From NCBI GenBank assembly GCA_963803065.1, contig CAWDKW010000013.1, positions 101,729-165,728 on the forward strand: a DNA stretch of 64,000 bases, written 5' to 3'. How positions within the stretch are numbered: position 1 is the stretch's first letter; every line of letters starts with the position of its first letter. The notes beneath the pieces were generated by a model, which saw only the letters and a list, made by a program, of their open reading frames with translations, did not search any database and was not told the DNA's origin. The stretch comes from an uncultured Acidimicrobiaceae bacterium (GTDB taxonomy: Bacteria; Actinomycetota; Acidimicrobiia; Acidimicrobiales; RAAP-2). Shown here piece after piece: positions 1 through 8,673 of the stretch. The translations under genes were made by a program, and so were the position numbers.

Positions 1-892
1 TCACGCCGAACAAGGCGAAGAAGACCGCGGTCACCGCGCCCAACGCGGAGGAGAACGTGCGGTCGGCGAACAGGTGGATGTCGAGCAGCGGGTTCTCCCG
101 CCGTCCGTCCCAGACCACGAAGGCCACCAACAAGATGGCGGCGATGGCAAAGGAACTCACTACGGTGGTCGAGCCCCAGTGCTTGGTCGGGGCCACGATC
201 AGGCCGTAGGTCAGAGCGGTCAGCCCGGCCGAGGACAGGACCACGCCCACCGGGTCGAGGGAGGGCCTGTCCTGGGCCCGGCTCTCGACGGTGAAGAAGA
301 TCCCACCGGTGAAGGCCAGAATGGCGACGGGGACGTTGATCAGGAAGACCGAGCCCCACCAGAAGTGCTGGAGGAGCCAGCCTCCGAGCAGCGGGCCCGC
401 CGCCGTCCCGATGCCGCCCACACCGGCCCAGATGCCGATGGCCCGGGCCCGCTCCTGACCGGTGAACATCGAGGCGATGATGGACAGAGTGGCGGGCATG
501 AGGAAGGCAGCGCCCAGGCCCATCACGGCCCGGGCGGCGATGAGCGGCCCGGTGGAGTGGACCATGGCACAGGCCAGCGAGCCTCCACCGAAGATGACCA
601 CGCCGATCAGGAAGATGCGCCGCCGCCCGTACCGGTCGCCGAGTGCCCCGCCGAAGAGCAGCAGCACCGCGTTGGTCAGCGTGTAGGCGTCGGCGATCCA
701 CTGGAGCCCGCTGCTCGAGGGATGGAGGTCCTTCACCAACGTGGGCAGGGCGACGTTCAGGACGGTCTGGTCCAGGCTGATCAGCAGCACCGTGAACGAC
801 ATGACGCCGAGCGCCAACCACCGCCGGCGATCGTGGCCGTCGAGGGGGGCGGTCGGCGATGGGGTCCTCAGTTGTGCTTGCTGCGGGGTCAC
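1..892 (-). CDS. MFS transporter, DHA2 (EmrB/QacA-like) family; 3' end lies outside the window
   Basis: Absent from the ORF track because it has no in-window stop. My reverse-strand translation from a GTG near 892 gives VTPQQAQL..RRWLALGVMSFTVLLISLDQTVLNVALPTLVKDL..GLQWIADAYTL..GGALGDRYGRRRIFLIGVVIFGGGSLACA..ARAVMGLGAAFLMPATLSII, the N-terminal motifs of 14-TMS drug:H+ antiporters. The + ORF 74..976 is its R/G/P-rich antisense shadow. Confidence 0.8.
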   Translation of the reverse strand, partial: MTPQQAQLRTPSPTAPLDGHDRRRWLALGVMSFTVLLISLDQTVLNVALPTLVKDLHPSSSGLQWIADAYTLTNAVLLLFGGALGDRYGRRRIFLIGVVIFGGGSLACAMVHSTGPLIAARAVMGLGAAFLMPATLSIIASMFTGQERARAIGIWAGVGGIGTAAGPLLGGWLLQHFWWGSVFLINVPVAILAFTGGIFFTVESRAQDRPSLDPVGVVLSSAGLTALTYGLIVAPTKHWGSTTVVSSFAIAAILLVAFVVWDGRRENPLLDIHLFADRTFSSALGAVTAVFFALFGV

Positions 893-965
893 GTCTCTCC
901 AGCACTATGGGATCGGGTTGCGAGGGCCGTGCCGCCTCCCCCGATGGGCGGCACGACGCGTGGAA

Positions 966-1622
966 CTAAGGGGTGAGCAGGGGTGTGGCCAGCTCGCCCA
1001 GGGCCCGGTAGACGAAGACGGCGATCCTGTCCTCGTCGTCCTGTTCGGCCCAGACCTGCAGCGCGGTGTTCATGGCCAGGATGATCGCCCCGGCGATCAG
1101 GAGGTTCCGGGTGCCCGACGGCTCGCCGTCGGTGCGGGCGGCGATCACCGCGGCCAGGAGGCTGCGGTTGCGGTCGCTCTCGCCCAACCAACGGGCTCGG
1201 AGCACCGGCGTCTCCTCGAGGAGGGCAAGGAAGGAACGGACCCGGGCGGTGTCCTCCCAGGACAGGGCCAGCGAGTTCTCGATGGCCCGTTGCACCGAGG
1301 TGAGCAGCGCCTCGCCGGCCGGCCGGGCGGCCAGGGCGTCGAGAAACGAGCCCATGCCGGTCTGGCCCAGGGCGACAACCAGGTCCTCCTTGGTCGGGAA
1401 GTAACGGAAGAACGTCCGGGGCGAGACGTCCACGGCAGCCACGATGTCGTCGATGGTGGTGGCGTCGTAGCCGCGCTGGTAGAAGAGCTGGGCGGCCGCC
1501 TCGGCCAGTTGATGACGGGTCCGCTCCTTCTTCCGGGCCGCGAGCCCGGTGGGCGGCTCGTCCTGCTGCTCGGCGGTGGGCCCGGTAGGCGGCTCCTCGG
1601 TGGGGATGAGCACGGTATCCAC
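966..1622 (-). CDS. TetR family transcriptional regulator
   Basis: 218-aa ORF. The HTH region RTRHQLAEAAAQLFYQRGYDATTIDDIVAAVDVSPRTFFRYFPTKEDLV is the TetR_N signature. Directly upstream of and co-directional with the MFS gene. Confidence 0.9.
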   Translation of the reverse strand: MDTVLIPTEEPPTGPTAEQQDEPPTGLAARKKERTRHQLAEAAAQLFYQRGYDATTIDDIVAAVDVSPRTFFRYFPTKEDLVVALGQTGMGSFLDALAARPAGEALLTSVQRAIENSLALSWEDTARVRSFLALLEETPVLRARWLGESDRNRSLLAAVIAARTDGEPSGTRNLLIAGAIILAMNTALQVWAEQDDEDRIAVFVYRALGELATPLLTP

Positions 1623-1681
1623 GGCGGTTGTTCCTTGTCAGGGGCCGGGGTCAGGGCCTGGGGGGTCGGGCGCTGGGGTCA

Positions 1682-1737
1682 GGCAGATGACAGATCGTGC
1701 CATCTGGCAGCAACTGTCATCCGGCAGAAACTGTCAC
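1682..1737. promoter_or_regulatory. Candidate TetR operator (repeated GGCAG..TGACAG/CTGTCA elements)
   Basis: The divergent spacer 1623-1809 holds GGCAGATGACAG (1682), GGCAGCAACTGTCA (1706) and GGCAGAAACTGTCA (1723). TGACAG (1688-1693) is the inverted partner of CTGTCA (1714-1719 and 1731-1736). Read by eye; no family-wide consensus exists to test against. Confidence 0.3.
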
Positions 1738-1809
1738 TACCAGTGTATTGCCCGCCGGGCCTGTGCACCAAAGCCCTCGGCACTGCTCCCCGGGAGTCAT
1801 GCTGGGTGG

Positions 1810-2613
1810 ATGAGCGAGAACGTCTACACCCACGGGCATCACGAGAGCGTCCTGCGATCGCACACCTGGCGGACGGCCGAGAACTCGGCCGCCTACCTCC
1901 TCGGCCATGTCGTGGCGGGCATGGACCTCCTCGACGTGGGCTGCGGCCCCGGGACGATCACCGTCGACCTGGCCAAGCGCGTCGCCCCCGGCCACGTCGT
2001 CGGGGTCGACGCGGCCGGATCGGTCCTCGAACAGGCGGTCCACGCGGCCGAGGAGGCGTCGTGTGCCAACGTCACCTTCCAGGTGGGTGACATCACCCGG
2101 CTGGACTTCGAGGACGGCTCGTTCGACATCGTCCACGCCCACCAGGTCCTCCAGCACCTGAGTGATCCGGTCAGCGCCCTCGCCGAGATGCGCCGGGTGT
2201 GCCGGCCCGGAGGCATCGTGGCCGCCCGCGACGCCGACTTCGCCGCCATGACCTGGTTTCCGGAGGACCCCCTACTCACCCGGGCGATCGAGCTGTACTG
2301 CAAGACGGCGCGGGCCAACGGGGGGGAGCCCGACGCCGGGCGCCGGTTGCTGCGCTGGGCCGGCCAGGCCGGCTTCGACGACGTGATCCCGTCCGCGTCC
2401 GCCTGGTGCTACGCCACCCCGGCCGACCGCACCTGGTGGGGGAGCCTGTGGGCCGACCGGCTGACCCAGTCGGCGCTGGCCTCCCAGCTGGTCGAGTACG
2501 GCTTCGCCACTCCGACCGACCTCGAGGCATTCGGCGCCGCCTGGCGGCGATGGATGGAGGCACCCGACGGCTGGTACGGGGTGCTCCACGGGGAGGTCAT
2601 CTGCCGGGCGTGA
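1810..2613 (+). CDS. Class I SAM-dependent methyltransferase
   Basis: Inside ORF 1549..2613. The plausible start is M88 (MSENVYTHGHHESVLRSH). Motif I is LLDVGCGPGTITVDLA, followed by FDIVHAHQVLQHL and PGGIVAARD. The upstream 87 codons are G/S/P-rich and overlap the tetR promoter region. Confidence 0.85.
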   Translation: MSENVYTHGHHESVLRSHTWRTAENSAAYLLGHVVAGMDLLDVGCGPGTITVDLAKRVAPGHVVGVDAAGSVLEQAVHAAEEASCANVTFQVGDITRLDFEDGSFDIVHAHQVLQHLSDPVSALAEMRRVCRPGGIVAARDADFAAMTWFPEDPLLTRAIELYCKTARANGGEPDAGRRLLRWAGQAGFDDVIPSASAWCYATPADRTWWGSLWADRLTQSALASQLVEYGFATPTDLEAFGAAWRRWMEAPDGWYGVLHGEVICRA

Positions 2614-2672
2614 GCGACAGGCTTCCCACGTCTCGCCGCGCCAGCTGGGGTGCTCGGTCACCCCGCCGGTGA

Positions 2673-3545
2673 TCAACCCAGCGCCCGGGCCACCGAGGCG
2701 GCGAAGCGCTCCGGGGCCTCGACCATCGGGTAGTGCCCGACGCCGTCCAGGATCTCCAGGCCGGCATCGGGACGAGCTTCGTGGAGCCGGGTGGCCATGG
2801 CCACCACGGCGATGGGGTCGTCCCGACCCCACAGGATCGACAGCGGCGACGGGTGCGACTCGATGGCGCCGGTGTAGCGCCTCTCGTGGGCCCGACGCTC
2901 CTCGATGTAGCGGATGAGGCGGGGGAGGAGGAGGTGGCCGTCCTGCCGGGCGATGGTGGCCGACATGGCTGCCAGCTCCTCGTCGGACACTGTGGACTCG
3001 GGGCTGAAGGTGGCGGCCAGCGAGGCCTCGAGGCCCCGCCGGTCCAGGGCGCCATCGGGCAGCCGACTGTCGGGCAGGCTCAACAGCACCTCCTGGCCAG
3101 CGCTCAGGTGGGCCATCTGGATGTAGATGCTGCCGTTGGTGACGAGCCGGCGGGTCACCTCGACCGGCCACCGACCCTCGAGCTGCCGGGCCAGCAGCTC
3201 GCCGCCGACGGTGTCCCCCATGTCGTGGGTGAGCAGGGCGAGCCGGTCGACGCCCGCTTCGGCGGTGTAGGCCGCCACCACGTCGGCCTGGAGATCGATG
3301 GAGTACACCTGGTCGGGCTTGGACGAGAAGCCGTAGCCCACCAGGTCGATCAGGAGGACTCGGCGGTGCTCGGTCATCGAGTCGAGCACCAGGTGGAAGT
3401 CCAACGACGAGGTGGGAAAGCCGTGCAGCACCACGAGGGGCTCTGCCCGCTCGTCGCCGCGGGCCGGCGCCTCGAGGGTGAAGACGTCGTGACCGGCCAG
3501 CCGCCGGTGCCCGCCGCGCCGTTCCCACTCGTCGGGGAGGGTCAC
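2673..3545 (-). CDS. Alpha/beta hydrolase fold protein
   Basis: 290-aa ORF with LVVLHGFPTSSLDFH, the nucleophile-elbow region LALLTHDMGDTVG and a C-terminal ILDGVGHYPMVEAPERF. Confidence 0.85.
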   Translation of the reverse strand: MTLPDEWERRGGHRRLAGHDVFTLEAPARGDERAEPLVVLHGFPTSSLDFHLVLDSMTEHRRVLLIDLVGYGFSSKPDQVYSIDLQADVVAAYTAEAGVDRLALLTHDMGDTVGGELLARQLEGRWPVEVTRRLVTNGSIYIQMAHLSAGQEVLLSLPDSRLPDGALDRRGLEASLAATFSPESTVSDEELAAMSATIARQDGHLLLPRLIRYIEERRAHERRYTGAIESHPSPLSILWGRDDPIAVVAMATRLHEARPDAGLEILDGVGHYPMVEAPERFAASVARALG

Positions 3546-4339
3546 GGCAACAACCGGTCGGCGAAGAAGGCGAGCACCGAGTCGACGGCGTCGGAGGTCG
3601 GGGTCCCGGGTCGGTCGTCGAGGTCGCCGGTGAGCACGGAGTGGGCCTTGTCCTTGTGCCCGTGGGGGTTGCCGGCCGAGGAGTCGAGCTCGATGGCGAT
3701 GAACTGGCCGCCCAACGCCTCCCGGAGGTGGTCGAAGCGCTCGGGGGGGCTGAGCTTGTCGCCGGTGAAGCGAAGGCCGAGCACGCAGGTGCCCGCCGCC
3801 GCCCGTTCCTGGACCCGCCGCAGGTCGACGTCGGAGATGCCCAGGTCACGCTTCCTGGCCGCCGACACGGGCAGGGGCAGCGAGGGCTGGCTGATCACCG
3901 GGGCCACCACCGTGTCGTCGACCATCATGCCGAGGGCGAAGCCGCCGGTCAGGCACATGCCGACCACACCCACTCCGGGGCCACCGCACCGACGGTGCTC
4001 CTCACCGGCCAGCGCCCGCAACCACCCGATGACCGGGCTGGTCCGGCCCAGGGCCAGGATCGAGAACTCACGCGAGATGCACACCCGGGCAAACGAGTCG
4101 AAGGTGTAGCCGGCGGAGATCGGACGACCCGGGGTGCCGAAGAGGTGGGGGAGGACGGCGGTGCATCCGATGGCCGCGGCCTTTCGGCCGAAGGCGGCCA
4201 CCTCGGGGGTGATGCCGGGCAGCTCGCTGATGACCAGCACCGCCGGGCCGGAGCCGGTCCGGTAGACGTCCTTGGTCCGGCCCTCGGCGGTGAAGCTGGC
4301 ACGCGTGAACCCGTCGAGGTCGTTGGCCATCCCGACCAC
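3542..4339 (-). CDS. Dienelactone hydrolase family protein
   Basis: 265-aa ORF with GPAVLVISELPGITPEVAAFGRKAAAIGCTAVLPHLFG and a GMCLTGGFAL nucleophile region. A 4-nt start/stop overlap with the downstream hydrolase gene suggests co-translation. Confidence 0.75.
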   Translation of the reverse strand: MVGMANDLDGFTRASFTAEGRTKDVYRTGSGPAVLVISELPGITPEVAAFGRKAAAIGCTAVLPHLFGTPGRPISAGYTFDSFARVCISREFSILALGRTSPVIGWLRALAGEEHRRCGGPGVGVVGMCLTGGFALGMMVDDTVVAPVISQPSLPLPVSAARKRDLGISDVDLRRVQERAAAGTCVLGLRFTGDKLSPPERFDHLREALGGQFIAIELDSSAGNPHGHKDKAHSVLTGDLDDRPGTPTSDAVDSVLAFFADRLLP

Positions 4340-4391
4340 GGTAGTTGGCCGCTCCCACCACCGACGGCCCGACCGACCGCTCCGGGGCCGG

Positions 4392-5189
4392 TCAAGCGAG
4401 GGACAGGACCACCCGGACCGCCCGGTGGTCCGATCCGAGGTCGGGGGCGACGATCGCCTCGAGCGTGGTGACCGGAGGTGTCACCAGCACGTGGTCCAAC
4501 TGGCTGTGGGGCCGGCCGGCCGGCCAGGTCCGGCCCCGCACGGTCCGGCGCCACCCGGGGAGAGAGGCCGAGACCGGAGGTCCCCACAGGTTCATGTCCC
4601 CGGCCAGCGCCGCGGCCTGGGTCGGCGGAGGGAGCACGTTGCGGAGCCGCCGGTACTGGAGCGGGGAGCCCTGGGTGAGATGGGACATGTGGGTCCCGAT
4701 GACGGCCAGCGGGCTGCCCCCGACCTCGACGTCGCAGCGGATGGCCACCCGCCGGGCGTAGTCGCCGCGGAGCTTGCCCAGGGGCAGGATGGTCGTGGCC
4801 ACCACCGGGAGGCGTGACAGCACGGCGACACCCCACCAGCCGGTGCGGTAGGGCCGGTCCCGGTGAGCCCGGCGCGCCCCACGGGTGTCCTCCCCCTCGA
4901 AGAGGAGCGGCCCGTAGACCCGGCCGAGCCTGGAGCCCACCCGTGGTGCCAGCTCGTCGATGGGGGCGTGGAGCTTGGAGCGGGCCATGGGCTGCTCGGT
5001 CAGCCGGTACCCGAGCCGGTCGGCCACCCGGGCCGCGGTGCTCTCGTCGTCACCGTCGGTGTGCCAGGACTCCTGGAGGACCAGCACGTCGGCGTCGAGC
5101 CAGGCGCAGGCCTCCACGACGTCGTAGGCGTGGCCCCGGGTGTCGACGCCCGAATGGACGTTGAAGCTGGCCAGGGACATCTCGGGCAT
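4392..5189 (-). CDS. Endonuclease/exonuclease/phosphatase (EEP) family protein
   Basis: 265 aa. N-terminal SFNVHSGVD..DADVLVLQESW and C-terminal GSDHRAVRVVL are the EEP catalytic motifs. Confidence 0.85.
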   Translation of the reverse strand: MPEMSLASFNVHSGVDTRGHAYDVVEACAWLDADVLVLQESWHTDGDDESTAARVADRLGYRLTEQPMARSKLHAPIDELAPRVGSRLGRVYGPLLFEGEDTRGARRAHRDRPYRTGWWGVAVLSRLPVVATTILPLGKLRGDYARRVAIRCDVEVGGSPLAVIGTHMSHLTQGSPLQYRRLRNVLPPPTQAAALAGDMNLWGPPVSASLPGWRRTVRGRTWPAGRPHSQLDHVLVTPPVTTLEAIVAPDLGSDHRAVRVVLSLA

Positions 5190-5278
5190 CCTCGAGTATT
5201 GCAGGACGGACGACGGTCCCGGCGTCGCTCCTGTGTCCGGGTTCTCTACACTCCGGCGTGAGAAGGGAGCCGGGGCCC

Positions 5279-6322
5279 ATGAAGATCGACACCATGCTGT
5301 CCGTACCGTCGGGGCCGACCGGCCTCGACGGGGTGGGCGACCAGGCCCGCCGGCTGGAGGAGCTGGGCGTCGACGGCGCCTTCACCTTCGAGGGCCCCCA
5401 CGATGTGTTCACGCCGTTGGTCCTGGCGGCGACGGCCACCACGTCGCTCGAGCTGCTCACCAACGTGGCCATCGCCTTTCCCCGTAACCCCGTCCAGCTG
5501 GCCCATCAGGCCTACGACCTCCAGTCCCTCTCGAAGGGGCGGTTCACGCTGGGCCTCGGCACCCAGGTCCGGGCCCAGATCGAGCGGCGCTACGGCAGCC
5601 ACTTCGAGCGGCCCGTCGCCCGGATGCGCGAGCTGGTGGGTGCCCTCCGGGCCATCTTCGACGCCTGGGAGACGGGCGAGCGGCTCGACGTCCGCGGGGA
5701 GTTCTACACCCACACCCTCATGCCCCCGACGTTCAACCCGGGTCCCAACCCGTTCGGGACACCGCCCATCTTCCTCGGCGGCCTCGGCCCCCAGATGGTC
5801 CGGCTGGCCGCCGAAGTCGCCGACGGCCTGTTGGTGATGCCCTTCAACAGCGAGCGGCACTTCCACCAGCGGACCCTCCCGGCGGTGGCCGAGGGCCTGC
5901 ACCGCGCCGGTCGGGACCGGAGCCAGCTCACGGTGATGGCCGAGGTCATCGTGGCCTGCGGGGGCGACGAGGCGGAGCTGGCCGCGGCGATGGCCGGCGC
6001 CCGCGGACTGCTGGCCTTCTACGCGTCGACGCCCTCGTACCGGCCGGTCCTCGAAGCGGAGGGGTGGGAGGACATCCAGCCCGAGCTCAACGCCATGTCC
6101 AAGAGCGGGCGCTGGGCCGAGATGCCCGGCCTGCTCGACGACGCCATGGTGTCGACCTTGGCCGTCGTCGGCTCGCCGGCTGAGGTGGCCGCCCAGGTCC
6201 GGCGGCGGTACGGGAACCACGTGGAGCGGATCGGGTTCTACACGCCCTACGCCATCGTCCCCGAGACGATGGGCCACCTGGTTGCCGCCCTCCGGGCGGC
6301 ACCGGCACCGGCACCGGGATGA
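5279..6322 (+). CDS. LLM-class (luciferase-like) F420/flavin-dependent oxidoreductase
   Basis: Start moved to M8 (MKIDTML), which is preceded by AGAAGGGAG. LEELGVDGAFTFEGPHDVF..LLTNVAIAFPRNP..GRFTLGLGTQV is typical of the F420-dependent LLM subfamily. Confidence 0.8.
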   Translation: MKIDTMLSVPSGPTGLDGVGDQARRLEELGVDGAFTFEGPHDVFTPLVLAATATTSLELLTNVAIAFPRNPVQLAHQAYDLQSLSKGRFTLGLGTQVRAQIERRYGSHFERPVARMRELVGALRAIFDAWETGERLDVRGEFYTHTLMPPTFNPGPNPFGTPPIFLGGLGPQMVRLAAEVADGLLVMPFNSERHFHQRTLPAVAEGLHRAGRDRSQLTVMAEVIVACGGDEAELAAAMAGARGLLAFYASTPSYRPVLEAEGWEDIQPELNAMSKSGRWAEMPGLLDDAMVSTLAVVGSPAEVAAQVRRRYGNHVERIGFYTPYAIVPETMGHLVAALRAAPAPAPG

Positions 6323-6352
6323 CATCGGCATAGGCGCCGCAGGACCTGGACA

Positions 6353-6407
6353 CTTCACCAACGGGTCACCAAGTCGCCACAGGGTTCTTACCGATGGTTC
6401 ACCGACG
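6353..6407 (+). promoter_or_regulatory. PHO-box array (five phased 11-nt direct repeat units)
   Basis: The units are CTTCACCAACG, GGTCACCAAGT, CGCCACAGGGT, TCTTACCGATG and GTTCACCGACG. The (G/T)TCACC cores fall at the same position of each 11-nt unit. The array lies 100-125 nt upstream of the phosphoesterase start and resembles the actinomycete PhoP repeat unit G(G/T)TCAYYYR(G/C)G. Confidence 0.55.
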
Positions 6408-6509
6408 CATCAGCCTTGCGTAACTGAACGTCTACCTCTGATCGTTACCGTCCATGTGGGCTCATCGAGCCCATGCCAATGGAGCGGGCAGCGCACAGAC
6501 GCGACCTGC

Positions 6510-7595
6510 ATGACGAAAGGTGCGGCATCTATGAAGCTGAAGCGGACAGCGGTGGGCGCGGCTGCGCTCTGCGGAATCTCCTTCGTAGGTACGGGGGGCG
6601 TCAGTGCTGCGGCGTCCGGGACTCCCACGAAGGCCATTCCCCACTATCAGCACATCGTCGAGATCATGATGGAGAACACCAGCTACGCGACCATCATCGG
6701 GAATACCCTCGCCCCGCAGATCAACGTGTTGGCGAGCCAGTACGGCTTGGCCACCGACTACTTCGGGGTCACCCATCCGAGCGAACCGAACTACGTGGCC
6801 AACATCGGCGGTGACTACTTCGGGATACAGGACGACAACGCGTTCTACTGCACCCCAGCCCTGGCCACCACCGACCCGAACTGCGGCGGGACCACCGTCA
6901 ACCACACGGTCAGCGCGCCGAACCTCGGGGACCAACTCACTGCCGCGGGCATGACGTGGAAGGGATACTTCCAGAGCCTTCCTCCGACTCCGGCGCCCGG
7001 GACCCTGGTCACAACCGGCCCCACTGCCAACGGGCCCTATACGTTCAAGTACCCGACCAGCAGCAACGCCCTGTACGCCTCCAAGCACAATCCGTTCCTG
7101 AACTTCACCGGCACCCAGGGCGCGGTCGCCAACATGGTCCCCGACACCCAGCTCGCCACCGATCTGGCCGACAACACGCTGCCCAACTTCAGCCTGGTCG
7201 TCCCGGACCAGTGCCACGACATGCACGGCACGGGTGGCTGCTCGGACACCAACTCGCTGATATCGGCCGGTGACACCTACGTGGGGAACACCGTGTCTGC
7301 GATCACCTCGTCGAAGGAGTGGGCGCGAGGCCGGAACGCGATCGTCGTGACCTGGGACGAGGACGACTTCTCCGACCAGGGTCTCACCGGCACCGGCTGC
7401 TGCGGCGCCGACCCGGGAGGCGGACATGTGGTGACCATCGTGATCACGAACAAGGGCACGTACCCGGTCACCGATGGCACCGCGTACAACCACTACTCCC
7501 TCCTCCGTTCCTATGAGGCGGCCTTCGGCTTGGCACCGCTGGCCCACGCCGGCGATGCCGTTGTGCCCGAGATGACACCGCTGTTCCATCCCTGA
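6510..7595 (+). CDS. Secreted phosphoesterase family protein (phospholipase C / acid phosphatase type, PF04185-like)
   Basis: Start is at M77 (6510) or M84 (6531, MKLKRTAVGAAALCGISFVG...AAAS signal peptide). HIVEIMMENTSY, THPSEPNYVA, SKHNPF and VVPDQCHDMH match the phosphoesterase family. Confidence 0.8.
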   Translation: MTKGAASMKLKRTAVGAAALCGISFVGTGGVSAAASGTPTKAIPHYQHIVEIMMENTSYATIIGNTLAPQINVLASQYGLATDYFGVTHPSEPNYVANIGGDYFGIQDDNAFYCTPALATTDPNCGGTTVNHTVSAPNLGDQLTAAGMTWKGYFQSLPPTPAPGTLVTTGPTANGPYTFKYPTSSNALYASKHNPFLNFTGTQGAVANMVPDTQLATDLADNTLPNFSLVVPDQCHDMHGTGGCSDTNSLISAGDTYVGNTVSAITSSKEWARGRNAIVVTWDEDDFSDQGLTGTGCCGADPGGGHVVTIVITNKGTYPVTDGTAYNHYSLLRSYEAAFGLAPLAHAGDAVVPEMTPLFHP

Positions 7596-7622
7596 GCACA
7601 GCCTGAGCACAGCCGGCGACAG
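7591..7622 (+). repeat. Tandem 11-mer CCTGAGCACAG x2 plus a degenerate third unit
   Basis: CCTGAGCACAG (7591-7601, containing the phosphoesterase TGA stop), CCTGAGCACAG (7602-7612) and CCGGCGACAG (7613-7622). These are followed by CCGGTCTGTC, which can pair with GACAG. Confidence 0.7.
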
Positions 7623-7718
7623 CCGGTCTGTCCTCCCGCCGAGACCTGCTCATCGCCGACCCACCGTCGTCACATCCCTGAGGCGACGCCGGTGTGGTCG
7701 GCGAGACAGGATGGGTGG

Positions 7719-8639
7719 ATGAGCGAGAGCATCTACGAGTACGACGAGTTCGGGTTGTTTGCCGACAACGCGGCCGAGGCCGGTCTGGACTGGTCCGGTC
7801 CCCCCACCGTGGTCCGTCGGTCGGTCGAGGTCGAGCCGGGGCGTCAGGTGAGCGCCCTGGTGTGGGGGGAGGCCCCGGCCGACCTGGTCCTGGTCCACGG
7901 CGGCGGGCAGAACGCCCACACCTGGGACACGGTGGCGCTGGCCATGCAGCGGCCGCTGGTGGCCATCGACCTGCCCGGGCACGGCCACTCCGACTGGCCC
8001 GGCGACAACCGGGCCCTCGACCCAGCGGCCATGGCCGAGGACATCGCCCAGGTCATGGCGGTGCTGGCCCCCGAGTCCCGTCTGTTGGTGGGCATGTCCC
8101 TGGGCGGCATCACCGCCCTCGCCGCCGCCGCCCGGCATCCCGAGCTGGTGCCCCGGCTGGCGCTGGTCGACGTGACCCCGGGCGTCAACGAGAAGAAGGG
8201 ATCGGACATCGCCGCCTTCTTGGCCGGACCGGAGAGCTTCGCCTCCTTCGACGAGATCCTGGAACGGACCATCGCCTTCAACCCGACCCGATCCGAGTCA
8301 TCGCTGCGGCGGGGCGTCCTCCACAACGCGGTGCAGCGGGAGGACGGATCTTGGACGTGGCGCCATCAGCTGGGCCGCCCGTCGGGATCGGGCGGCCTGC
8401 ACACCGACGCCGGCCTCGACTTCGGGGCGTTGTGGGAGGTCGTCTCGGCCTCGACCATGCCCCTCCTGCTCGTACGGGGAGGCCTCAGCCCGGTGGTGGA
8501 CGACGACGACGTCGCCGAGCTTCTGCGGCGCCGCCCCGACGCCGAGGTCATCGTGGTGGACAACGCCGGCCACAGCATCCAAGGGGACCGCCCGGTGGAG
8601 CTGGCCAGGATCCTCACGGAGTTCCTGGCCAGCCCTTGA
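7719..8639 (+). CDS. Alpha/beta hydrolase fold protein
   Basis: Start taken at M10 (MSESIYEYDEF). Motifs: LVLVHGGGQNAHTWD, nucleophile elbow GMSLGGITAL and a C-terminal NAGHSIQGDRP. Confidence 0.8.
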   Translation: MSESIYEYDEFGLFADNAAEAGLDWSGPPTVVRRSVEVEPGRQVSALVWGEAPADLVLVHGGGQNAHTWDTVALAMQRPLVAIDLPGHGHSDWPGDNRALDPAAMAEDIAQVMAVLAPESRLLVGMSLGGITALAAAARHPELVPRLALVDVTPGVNEKKGSDIAAFLAGPESFASFDEILERTIAFNPTRSESSLRRGVLHNAVQREDGSWTWRHQLGRPSGSGGLHTDAGLDFGALWEVVSASTMPLLLVRGGLSPVVDDDDVAELLRRRPDAEVIVVDNAGHSIQGDRPVELARILTEFLASP

Positions 8640-8673
8640 GCGGCTGGGCCGTTTGCCGGGTACCTGAGTGAGC

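Noticed and set aside
74-976. 300-aa + ORF at the left edge
   Set aside because: It is antisense to the partial MFS transporter, whose translation shows canonical DHA2 motifs.
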